A DNA stretch of 58,362 nt from NCBI GenBank assembly GCA_003134075.1, contig PLAI01000141.1:30352-88713 (forward strand), read 5' to 3'. The translations under genes were made by a program, and so were the position numbers. Source of the stretch: Methylocystaceae bacterium. Lineage in GTDB: Bacteria; Pseudomonadota; Alphaproteobacteria; Rhizobiales; Beijerinckiaceae. The notes under the pieces are model-generated. The model was not told where the DNA came from and did not search any database. It saw only the letters and a program-made list of their open reading frames with translations. Positions 50,162-58,362 of this stretch are shown here, piece after piece (position 1 is the first letter of the stretch; each line of letters starts with the position of its first letter).

Positions 50162-50590
50162 ATGCAATTCGATTTTCCCAAGGTTGAAGACGAAGCCAGC
50201 AAGGCGCGGATTGAAACCGCGATCAATGCCTTCGTGCGCGTCTTTTATGCAAAGGGCGGGGCCGATCCGCTGCTCGGCCCCGTTTTCGCGGATTCGATCG
50301 CCGATCTAGATCGCCACATCGAAATCGTGGCGAACTTCTGGTCGCGTTCGCTGCTGCAAACGGATCGCTACGAGGGCCATCCTTTTCCGGTCCATATCCA
50401 CTTGCCGATCGAGCCCGCGCATTTCAAACGTTGGCTGGAATTGTTCGTCGAGGCGGCGCGGGAAGTCTTGCCCGAAACCCAGGCGAACCAGGCGATCGCC
50501 AAGGCCAGCCACATGGCCCAGTGTTTCCAATCGGGCTTGTTTCCGTTCACGGGGGCGGATGGACAGCCGTCGCGAACGCCCGCGTCCTGA
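50162..50590 (+). CDS. Group III truncated (2/2) haemoglobin
   Basis: FVRVFYAK, DPLLGPVF, HIEIVANFW, GHPFPVH, HFKRWLELF; GGAGG RBS. Confidence 0.88.
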   Translation: MQFDFPKVEDEASKARIETAINAFVRVFYAKGGADPLLGPVFADSIADLDRHIEIVANFWSRSLLQTDRYEGHPFPVHIHLPIEPAHFKRWLELFVEAAREVLPETQANQAIAKASHMAQCFQSGLFPFTGADGQPSRTPAS

Positions 50591-50767
50591 GGGCGGCGCC
50601 AGCAACGAGGCATAGGTGTCGCAATCCGTCCGGAGCATTGTCCGTTCCACGACAATGATGTCGCGGCGGCGATCCATCGCGATGGCGGAGCCTTTCGCGA
50701 TGGAGAGGGAAGGGGCGAGGCTCGCCCATTCGGGCTCGACAGAGGTGAATCCCATGGTGGTGTTTTC

Positions 50768-51307
50768 ATGAGCATGAAATTCAAGTTCGCGGGAGCGGCG
50801 CTCGTCGCCGTGCTTGGACTCGGCGCCATGCTTGGAGCGGCCGCGCCCGCCGCCGGTCAAATGGATCACATGTCCATGATGTCGCATGCGCCGGACACAC
50901 GTAAGCTGCTGGATTTTCCGGCGCCCATGCGCGAGCATATGCTGTCCAATATGCGCGGCCACCTGCAAGCCTTGAATGAAATTCTTGCGGCCCTGTCGAT
51001 CGGCGATGTCGCCAAGGCGGGAAAGATCGCCGAGACAAGGCTGGGCGTCGAGTCGCCCGGCGCCGCGGCCTGCGTTCCAAACAGCGGGACGACCGACCAC
51101 TCGACGCACGACATGGCGGCGATGATGGCCAAATTCATGCCTGAAGACATGCGGGCGCTGGGGCTGACGATGCACGAGTCCGCGAGCGAATTCGCGCGCG
51201 AGGCGGCGAAGTCGCAGACCGGCGGCGATCTGAAGCCCGCCCTCGCGGCGCTCGCGCGGGTGACGCAAAGCTGCGCCGCTTGTCACGCCGAATATCGCCT
51301 GAAATGA
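50768..51307 (+). CDS. Exported c-type cytochrome, cytochrome c'-like, with Met/His-rich segments
   Basis: Signal peptide, helical body, C-terminal CAACH haem motif. Confidence 0.8.
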   Translation: MSMKFKFAGAALVAVLGLGAMLGAAAPAAGQMDHMSMMSHAPDTRKLLDFPAPMREHMLSNMRGHLQALNEILAALSIGDVAKAGKIAETRLGVESPGAAACVPNSGTTDHSTHDMAAMMAKFMPEDMRALGLTMHESASEFAREAAKSQTGGDLKPALAALARVTQSCAACHAEYRLK

Positions 51308-51311
51308 CGCT

Positions 51312-51327
51312 TGGCATGTCGATTGCT
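51312..51327 (+). promoter_or_regulatory. sigma54 promoter upstream of the group II globin
   Basis: TGGCATGTCGATTGCT, near-canonical. Confidence 0.7.
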
Positions 51328-51338
51328 CGTTCACGGAT

Positions 51339-51764
51339 ATGACGATGAACGCCGCCCAGTCCACTGAGTCCGTGTTCACCAGAATCGGCGGAGCGGCGGT
51401 CATCGATAACCTCGTCGAGGCGTTCTACGCGAATATGGACGCTTTCGCCGCCGCGAAGGGAATTCGCGCCATGCACGGACCGAACCTTGGTCCGGTGAAG
51501 GCGATATTGAAACTCTATCTCGCCGAATGGCTCGGGGGTCCGAAGGATTACTCAGCACGGCGCGGCCATCCGCGATTGCGGATGCGACACGCTAAATTCC
51601 CGATTGGCCCCGCCGAACGCGACGCCTGGATGCTTTGCATGGGCGCCGCGCTGGACGTTGCGATCGAGGATGCGGCCTTGTGCGAGAGCGTGAGACGAGA
51701 GCTGGCCAAACTGGCCGATTGGGTTCGTAACGATCCGGATAATCAACATGACAAGCATCACTGA
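51339..51764 (+). CDS. Group II truncated haemoglobin (trHbO-like)
   Basis: IGG...LVEAFY, WLGGPKDYS..RGHPRLRMRHAKFPIG..ERDAW. Confidence 0.9.
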   Translation: MTMNAAQSTESVFTRIGGAAVIDNLVEAFYANMDAFAAAKGIRAMHGPNLGPVKAILKLYLAEWLGGPKDYSARRGHPRLRMRHAKFPIGPAERDAWMLCMGAALDVAIEDAALCESVRRELAKLADWVRNDPDNQHDKHH

Positions 51765-52338
51765 GACCGCATTCGCGACATTGGAACAACAAGGGCGCCT
51801 GCTGAACGCGGTGCTGAAGGGGCCGACGGAGCGGCCGGGTCGCTTTGGGTTTCGCGGCGAGCTCGCGCTCAAATTCGCGCAACAATTCGCGGACGAAAAG
51901 CGTCCGCCGGAACTGACGACCGACCAGGTGATCGCGGTGGCCAACGCCGGCGAGCCGACGATCGCGTTTTTCGCGTCCTATCTTCTGTCGTTCGAATATC
52001 TGAACGCATTGACGGAAGTTTTGAAGGGCCTGCTCAGCCCATCGGGAAAATACTTCGTCTTCTGCAACAATATCGACCTGTTGAGCAAATATGAGGTCGA
52101 GATCGACGGGATCACATTTAATGTGCTGCCGATCGACGAGGCCACGGTCTACAACGAACTGCTCGAACTGCTTTATCTCGACAAGACGTCGTTGAAGAAA
52201 GCGTCGACGGCGGGCAAGACCGACGCCATCGCCGACGCGGCCCTCAAATTCGACGGCAAATTCGCGCCCATCAGCTTCGCGCAGGGCGTCGAACGCATGG
52301 GCCCCGTCCGCGACCGCTACGCGGATCGCCCGGTGTAA
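51748..52338 (+). CDS. Conserved hypothetical protein coupled to the globin gene
   Basis: 17-nt overlap with the globin gene, good codon usage, no recognised motif. Confidence 0.75.
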   Translation: MTSITETAFATLEQQGRLLNAVLKGPTERPGRFGFRGELALKFAQQFADEKRPPELTTDQVIAVANAGEPTIAFFASYLLSFEYLNALTEVLKGLLSPSGKYFVFCNNIDLLSKYEVEIDGITFNVLPIDEATVYNELLELLYLDKTSLKKASTAGKTDAIADAALKFDGKFAPISFAQGVERMGPVRDRYADRPV

Positions 52339-52412
52339 CGAGGCGCTCACCTACAGAGCGAAGGCGGCGCGGTCAAGAACTCGTTGTCTCGACCGCGCCG
52401 GACTCGGCTCTA

Positions 52413-52634
52413 TTACTTCGCGTCGCCGCCCTTTTCGGTGTCGGCGCCTTCGGTTTTCGCCTTGGCCTTCTTGGCCGCGTGTTTCTTGTGCTTCTTATGA
52501 GCCGGCTTCGCGGGCTTGGCGGCTGACTGATCCGCCTCGGCGGCGGGCGCATTGGCGTCGGGCGCCTGCGCGAGCGCGGGCGTCAAAAAGGCGAAGGCGG
52601 CCACGATCGATGTGACAACGAACTTTTTCAGCAT
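52413..52634 (-). CDS. Small secreted Lys/Ala/His-rich protein (Asr-like low complexity)
   Basis: MLKKFVV...ALA signal peptide; AKPAHKKHKKHAAKKAKAK. Confidence 0.65.
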   Translation of the reverse strand: MLKKFVVTSIVAAFAFLTPALAQAPDANAPAAEADQSAAKPAKPAHKKHKKHAAKKAKAKTEGADTEKGGDAK

Positions 52635-52968
52635 AAAGTTTTTCCTTGTTCGAGAGGGCTCCTCGCCAAACGCTGGCTTGGCAGCCCCGCTAGCTTTTGG
52701 CTTCCAAAGGCGGCGATTGTTCGACGCCTGCCGTCTAAACAAAGCGCTCTTTCGGCGCTCGCGCAAGTCCGCTTGATCAGCTCGAAACGAGCGTTCTTTA
52801 AATCAATCCCATCGACAACGGCGTCGATGCGGCGGACGGGGCTGGATTCGCAAATATTAGTCACGCCGGATTCTATCCGAATGCCGGCGCCAACGGAATC
52901 CCTTCATCAGAATTTTCACACGGTCCGCCTGATTCATGGACATTCCGTTCTCATGGTGGCCCGCCACT

Positions 52969-55194
52969 TCACCCCCCAAACAGCTTCTCAAAAAAGTTCT
53001 TTTCCTCGCCCCTCGGCGGCGCTCTTCTTTCCCCGCGTTTCGTTCCGCCCGTCGGAATATCCTCGGGCGGCAGCAGCGCCTCCAGCCCGTGCACGGGCCT
53101 CTCCGGGTTTTGTTCGCCGGCGCCGCCCTGAGACGCCGCGCGAGAACGAGGCGGCGCGGCTTGCGGTTCCACGCGCGGCGGCGGTGGCGCGGCAGGGCCG
53201 GCGCCAAACAGGTTCAGCACGGAATCGGCGAGCCGCGCCGGCTCCGGCTCCGCGGCGCGCCAGGCGCCCGAAGGCAATCCCGCGACCGGCACGCCCTGGT
53301 GCGCCGTCTTCATGAAGCGGCTCCAGATCTCGACCGGCAAATTGCCGCCGGACGCCTTTTGCGTCGGCGAATTGTCGTCGTTGCCGAGCCAAACGCCGGT
53401 GACGAGATGGCTGGTGTAGCCAACGAACCAGGCGTCGCGCCAATCCTGGCTGGTGCCGGTCTTGCCGGCCGCCTGCCAACCCGGCAATTCCGCCTTGCGC
53501 GCGGTGCCGGTGAGCAGCGTCTCCTCCATCATCGTGTTCATCATCGCCACATATTCCGGCTCGATGACGCGGCCGTTGGAGCCCGTCTTGCGGGCGTAAA
53601 GCTGCTTGCCGTCCGCCGTGCGGACGCGCGTGATAATATGCGGCTGCACGCCGATGCCGCCATTGGCGAAGGGCGCATAGGCCGCGACCATCTCAAGCGG
53701 CGTGACCTCCGACGTGCCCAGCGCCAGCGAGGCGTTGGGCTGCAATTCCGAGGTTATGCCGAGCCGGTGCGCCGTGCGCACGACCGCCTTGGGGCCGACC
53801 TCCATGCCGACGCGCACGGCGACCGTGTTGAGCGAGAGCGACAGCGCCTTGGTCAGCGTCACCGGGCCGAAATATTCGCGGCTGTAGTTTTCCGGCTGCC
53901 AGCCCTTGACGTTGATAGGCCCGTCCTCGCGGACGGTGTCCGGCGTCAGGCCATGCTCCAGCCCGGTCAGATAGACGAACGGCTTGAAGGACGAGCCGGG
54001 CTGGCGCTTCGCCGCGATGGCGCGGTTGAACTGGCTTTCGCCATAGTCGCGACCGCCGACCAGCGCGCGGATCGCGCCATTGGGATCGAGCGCCACGACG
54101 GCGCCCTGGGAAACCCCGAACTTGCTCCCCTTTTTGGCGAGTTCATCGGTCAGCGCGTGTTCGGCGGCGGATTGGAGATTGTGATCGAGCGTCGTCGTGA
54201 CGACGAGATCCTGGTCGATCGCACCGACCGTGTCGGCCAGCACGTCCATCACATAGTCCGCGGCGTAATTGATCGAGCCGGCGCCGCTGTCGCGATGGAC
54301 GCGGGCGGGATTGGCCAGGGCGACCTTGGCCATCGCCTCGGTGATGTGGCCCTCCTGCGCCATGGCGGTGATGACCTGCGCCGCGCGTTCGGTCGCGCCT
54401 TCGGGGTTGCGGTCCGGCGCGAGCTTGCTCGGCGCCTTCATCAGCCCGGCCAGCACGGCGGCCTCGGCCAGCGTCACGGCCTTGGCGCCGTGGCCGTAAT
54501 AGCGCTCTGCCGCGGCCTCGACGCCATAGGCGCCGGAGCCGAAATAGACGCGGTTCAGATAAAGCTCGAGGATCTGGCCCTTGGAATATTTATGTTCGAG
54601 CCAGAGCGCGAGAATCGCCTCCTGAATCTTGCGGGAAATCGTGCGTTCCTGCGTCAGGAACAGGTTCTTGGCGAGCTGCTGGGTCAGCGTCGAGCCGCCC
54701 TGCACGCCGCCGCGTCCAGTGACATTGCGCGTCAGCGCCCGCACGATGCCGAGCGGGTCGATTCCGAAATGGGAGTAAAAGCGGCGGTCCTCGATGGCGA
54801 CGAAAGCCTTGGGCAAATAGGGCGGCAGTTCCGAAAGACGGACCGCCGCGCCGCCGGTGTCGCCGCGATTGGCCAAGAGCTCCCCGTCGGCGGCGAGGAT
54901 GGCGATGTTGGGCGGACGCTTGGGGATGGCGAGTTGGTCGATCGGCGGCAACTGCGAGCCATAATAGACAAAAATCCCGCCGGCGCCGATGGCGCCCCAG
55001 AGGCCGAGCACGAGGGTCCAATAAATCAGCCCGCCGAACAGGAAGCCGGACCGGCGATGCGCGTTTTTGCGCGCCCGCGCGGGTTTTTCCGCGCCTTCAT
55101 GCGCGTTTTTGCGCGCGCCGCGTCGTTCGGCCCGAAGGTCGTCGCCCCGGTCGTCGTCGAAAGCCGGTTCGCGGCGTCTGTCGCTACGCGCCAT
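52969..55194 (-). CDS. Class A penicillin-binding protein (PBP1A family)
   Basis: EDRRFYSH, GGSTLTQQLAKN, RKIQE, RQPGSSFKP (SxxK), SLN, GKTGT. Confidence 0.93.
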   Translation of the reverse strand: MARSDRRREPAFDDDRGDDLRAERRGARKNAHEGAEKPARARKNAHRRSGFLFGGLIYWTLVLGLWGAIGAGGIFVYYGSQLPPIDQLAIPKRPPNIAILAADGELLANRGDTGGAAVRLSELPPYLPKAFVAIEDRRFYSHFGIDPLGIVRALTRNVTGRGGVQGGSTLTQQLAKNLFLTQERTISRKIQEAILALWLEHKYSKGQILELYLNRVYFGSGAYGVEAAAERYYGHGAKAVTLAEAAVLAGLMKAPSKLAPDRNPEGATERAAQVITAMAQEGHITEAMAKVALANPARVHRDSGAGSINYAADYVMDVLADTVGAIDQDLVVTTTLDHNLQSAAEHALTDELAKKGSKFGVSQGAVVALDPNGAIRALVGGRDYGESQFNRAIAAKRQPGSSFKPFVYLTGLEHGLTPDTVREDGPINVKGWQPENYSREYFGPVTLTKALSLSLNTVAVRVGMEVGPKAVVRTAHRLGITSELQPNASLALGTSEVTPLEMVAAYAPFANGGIGVQPHIITRVRTADGKQLYARKTGSNGRVIEPEYVAMMNTMMEETLLTGTARKAELPGWQAAGKTGTSQDWRDAWFVGYTSHLVTGVWLGNDDNSPTQKASGGNLPVEIWSRFMKTAHQGVPVAGLPSGAWRAAEPEPARLADSVLNLFGAGPAAPPPPRVEPQAAPPRSRAASQGGAGEQNPERPVHGLEALLPPEDIPTGGTKRGERRAPPRGEEKNFFEKLFGG

Positions 55195-55257
55195 CGGATC
55201 TCCTGCGGCGGTCCGCCGGGGCTGGGAAAATGATTGATAAAGCTTAACGCCGGCGTT

Positions 55258-55272
55258 TTAAGGGCGGGTTAA
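55258..55272. promoter_or_regulatory. CtrA-like box upstream of the PBP1A gene
   Basis: TTAA-GGGCGGG-TTAA (TTAA-N7-TTAA) in a GC-rich background, plus another TTAA at 55244. Confidence 0.6.
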
Positions 55273-55608
55273 GGGTCGTACGGCGGACGGGCCATTGGGC
55301 GGCCTCTGCAATGTGGCGAGCCCGCGAAACGGCCTCACGTGATTTGGCGCCCGAGCCCGCATCGTTTTCCTGTTTCCGAAGCGACCGCGCGCGGTCTGTA
55401 ACAAACTGATTAGTCAACCGCTATTGTAATTCGACGCTTGAAACTTTGCTCCCGGAGGGAGTCATGGCCGCGGCCTTGAGCGGATTGCCGTGGGCGAGCG
55501 CCTCGGCGGCAAAGACAAAGGCGGCGCGTGTGCAATTGAAAAACCCGGCCACGAGGGCCGGGTTAGCGTCGATCAATTCCATGGTCGGGGCGCGAACGCC
55601 GCAGCCGA

Positions 55609-56457
55609 TCAATATTTCGCGACGACCGGAGCGGACGGGGCGAAATTGAACAGATAGTTCACGCCAAGGCGCACGACGTTGATCTCCGGATGATGGTTGT
55701 TGCCCAACTCCCAGCCGGTGTAGGCGCCATAAATTCCGCTGCTGGCGAGATCGACATAGAGATACTCAAGCTTCGCCGACCAATGCGGCGCGAACTGCCA
55801 CTCGATGCCGCCGCCAGCGGTCCAGCCGGTGCTGGTGTTGCTCCGCTGGAAGGCGGTCACGCCGCCGTAAGCGAAACCGCCCGTGCCGTAGAGCAACAGG
55901 GTCGGGGTGAGGAGATAGCCGACGCGGCCGCGCACGGTGCCGAACCACGGCAGACCGAGATTGCCGCCATTGCCGGTCACGAGAGGCGTGAGGAGGCCGG
56001 TGTTCGAATTAACATAGGGGCTATCGTACAGGCCGGCGTAATTGCCCTGGTGGCCGCCGGTGATGCTGGTGCCCTGGAAGTCCGTCTCGGCGCCGATCAC
56101 GAAGGAGTTGAACTGATAGTTATACCCAATCTGACCGCCGCCGACGACGCCGCCGGTGTTACTGGCGGTGGTGCCGCCGCCGGGCAGGAAGAACAGGTTC
56201 GGAGTGGCGGTGCCACCCGGGGTGCTGCCGATCGGGTAGGTCGTGTCCGCGTAGGGCAGATAGCTGTCGTTGCCGCCGTTGGAGGACCAGCCGCCGCCGA
56301 TGTTCAGACCAGCGTAGAAGCCGGTCCAAGTGGCGACGGGCGCCGGCGCGAGGTAGACCGGCGGCGCTTCCTTGCGGTAGGGAAGATCGGCGGCCATGGC
56401 CGACCCGGTGGAAATCGCCAACCCAAAAGCGGCGACGGAAAGCAAAGATGTCTTCAT
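55609..56457 (-). CDS. Omp25/RopB-family outer membrane beta-barrel protein
   Basis: AMAADLP, WTGFYAG, GGQIGYNYQ, GTVRGRVGY, WSAKLEYLYVDL. Confidence 0.88.
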   Translation of the reverse strand: MKTSLLSVAAFGLAISTGSAMAADLPYRKEAPPVYLAPAPVATWTGFYAGLNIGGGWSSNGGNDSYLPYADTTYPIGSTPGGTATPNLFFLPGGGTTASNTGGVVGGGQIGYNYQFNSFVIGAETDFQGTSITGGHQGNYAGLYDSPYVNSNTGLLTPLVTGNGGNLGLPWFGTVRGRVGYLLTPTLLLYGTGGFAYGGVTAFQRSNTSTGWTAGGGIEWQFAPHWSAKLEYLYVDLASSGIYGAYTGWELGNNHHPEINVVRLGVNYLFNFAPSAPVVAKY

Positions 56458-56952
56458 GGCGCGTCCCTTCGCACAAAAACCGTTCAACTCAATGGACCAA
56501 CGTGTACGTATGCCTGGTCCCGACCTATGGATGAGATTGTAACGTCTTCTCTTCGTCTTAAGGCTCTCCTAAACCATGCCCTCGCCTCGCAATAAAGGCA
56601 ACGTGGCGTCACGCCGCAAGCTAAGTTAGTTCAGCGGTGTGATATTTTTGCCACAGCCGGTTTTCCCGGCAGAAAATCTTAAAATGATGAAATGAGCCTC
56701 AATATCATGTAGTTGGCCACAAGGCGGAAGCGACGGCGGAGTCAATTAAGTCCGGCCGCATGACAAGCGCGGAAACAAAACAATACCAATCCATAAATGA
56801 GGACAGACATAGATCCCGCCCGCCACTTATTAACAACTCTTGCCCTTCACGGCGTCTGCCCCTCTTGCGCTAATCGTCCAGCCGCGCCAAAGTCCCGCCC
56901 CCGGCGCCCGGTTCGGAGCCGCCGTCCACAGAGGCCAACGGAATTTCCCTCC

Positions 56953-58071
56953 ATGAAGGTCACGATCGAGAGAGCGGCGCTACTGCGGGCGCTTGGCCAT
57001 GTTCACCGGGTGGTGGAGCGGCGCACGACGATTCCGATCCTCGCCAATGTGCTCATCGAGGCGACGGCCGGCGAATTATTGCTTAAAGCCACCGATCTCG
57101 ATCTCGAAATCACCGAGCGCGCCGCCGCCGATGTGACGCAAGAGGGCGCGACCACCTTGCCTGCTCACACGCTTTACGACATCACGCGCAAATTGCCGGA
57201 AGGCGCGCAGGTTTCGCTCGAGGAGACCGGCGAGCAGGGCCAGTTGACGCTGCGCTCGGGGCGCTCGCGCTTCCAGCTGCAAACCCTGCCGCAGAGCGAT
57301 TTTCCCGAGGTGACCTCGGGCGAGTTCGGCCATAAATTCTCGCTGCCGCCGGCCGAGCTGAAGCGCCTCATCGACAAGACGCAATTCGCGATCTCCAGCG
57401 AGGAGACGCGCTATTACCTCAACGGCATTTTCATCCATGTCGCCGACATTGAGGGCCGTTCGCTGCTGCGCGCCGTCGCGACCGACGGGCATCGTCTCGC
57501 GCGGCTCGAACTGCCGGCGCCGGAAGGCTCGATCGGCATGCCCGGCGTCATTCTGCCGCGCAAGGCGGTCGGCGAAATCCAGCGCCTCATCGAGGACGCG
57601 CAGGGCGACGTCACGGTCGAGGTTTCGGCCAACAAAATGCGTTTCGCCTTCGGCGAGGCGTTGCTGACCACCAAACTCATCGACGGCACCTTCCCCGATT
57701 ACGGGCGCGTCATTCCCTCGGGAAACAACAAGCGGCTCACGGTCGAGCGCGACATGTTCGCCAAGGCGGTCGATCGCGTGTCGACGATCTCGTCCGAGCG
57801 CGGCCGCGCCGTCAAGCTCGCTGTGTCCGAGGGCAAGGTGGTGCTCTCCGTCACCAACCCGGATCAGGGCTCGGCGGTCGAGGAACTCGAAGCTGATTAT
57901 GACAGCGAGCCGATCGACATTGGTTTCAGCTCCAAATATCTGCTCGACATCGTGAACCAGCTCGACAGCGACACGGCGCTGTTTCTGCTGGCCGATCCCG
58001 GCTCGCCGACGCTTATCCAGGATCGCGACGGCGCAAGCGCGCTTTACGTGCTGATGCCGATGCGGGTGTAG
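56953..58071 (+). CDS. dnaN: DNA polymerase III beta sliding clamp
   Basis: TIPILANV, ATDLD, ETRYYLNG, ATDGHRL, LIDGTFPDY, VLMPMRV. Confidence 0.97.
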   Translation: MKVTIERAALLRALGHVHRVVERRTTIPILANVLIEATAGELLLKATDLDLEITERAAADVTQEGATTLPAHTLYDITRKLPEGAQVSLEETGEQGQLTLRSGRSRFQLQTLPQSDFPEVTSGEFGHKFSLPPAELKRLIDKTQFAISSEETRYYLNGIFIHVADIEGRSLLRAVATDGHRLARLELPAPEGSIGMPGVILPRKAVGEIQRLIEDAQGDVTVEVSANKMRFAFGEALLTTKLIDGTFPDYGRVIPSGNNKRLTVERDMFAKAVDRVSTISSERGRAVKLAVSEGKVVLSVTNPDQGSAVEELEADYDSEPIDIGFSSKYLLDIVNQLDSDTALFLLADPGSPTLIQDRDGASALYVLMPMRV

Positions 58072-58093
58072 CCCCGCCCTTGCGAATGGAGGC

Positions 58094-58362
58094 TTACTCC
58101 GTCCATCCGAGCGACCGTTTGACCGCCTTTTCCCAGGAGGCGACGAGGCGCACGCGCTCAAGGGCGGTCATTACCGGATTCCAACGGCGGCCTGGCCGCC
58201 AATGGGCGGCGATTTCCTCGGCGTCGCGCCAAAAACCCACGGCGAGCCCCGCCGCGTATGCGGCGCCGAGCGCGGTCGTCTCCAGACTGCGCGGGCGTAC
58301 GACGGGAACCCCGAGAATATCCGCCTGAAATTGCATCAGCAGTTCGTTCGCCGCCATGCCGC
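58094..58362 (-). CDS. glpK: Glycerol kinase, 3' end (truncated by the window edge)
   Basis: [37 protein letters not shown]. Confidence 0.88.
   Translation of the reverse strand, partial: GMAANELLMQFQADILGVPVVRPRSLETTALGAAYAAGLAVGFWRDAEEIAAHWRPGRRWNPVMTALERVRLVASWEKAVKRSLGWTE

Noticed and set aside
52896-52905. GAATCCCTTC matching tRNA-Gly 11258-11267 as a possible attR
   Set aside because: Only 10 bp, does not include the tRNA 3' end, and no integrase is present; chance is plausible
56560-56950. AT-rich region before dnaN as a replication origin
   Set aside because: No canonical TTATCCACA DnaA boxes and no dnaA/hemE context; most simply the divergent omp/dnaN promoters

Overview
High-GC alphaproteobacterial chromosome segment (Hyphomicrobiales; gene content resembles a Methylocystis-like type II methanotroph, which is inference only). 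Housekeeping and envelope genes lie at both ends: gmd/rmd/glycosyltransferase, yebC, ispA, degQ, rplS and tRNA-Gly on the left; PBP1A, an outer-membrane beta-barrel, dnaN and the glpK 3' end on the right. They flank a ~41 kb Mo-nitrogenase cluster (11.5-52.3 kb) with nifHDKENX, nifQ, iscA-nifUSV-cysE-nifW-fixABCX, nifB-fdxN-iscA-nifZZT and nifA. The sigma54 -24/-12 promoters, NifA UAS and IHF sites can be read directly from the sequence. The most interesting content is the accessory nif regulon. (i) A FeSII/Shethna-II-like [2Fe-2S] domain is fused to a rubrerythrin-like domain, followed by a stand-alone paralogue of that domain, and the pair is divergent from a sigma54-driven GST / SagB-type nitroreductase / AAA-ATPase operon. 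(ii) A NifA/sigma54-driven tandem pair of YqeB-like proteins is followed by two different truncated globins and a cytochrome c'-like protein. (iii) Three apparent pseudo-enzymes are present: a receiver domain lacking the phospho-Asp, a SIR2 domain lacking the catalytic Asn/His, and a DegT-like protein lacking the PLP Lys. (iv) NifE carries a BFD-like [2Fe-2S] tail, and duplicated TPR-like and LRV-FeS genes flank nifA. Together these suggest an O2/NO-protection and redox-sensing system for nitrogenase. No CRISPR, transposase or integrase was seen. All family assignments are from motif recognition and memory, not database searches.
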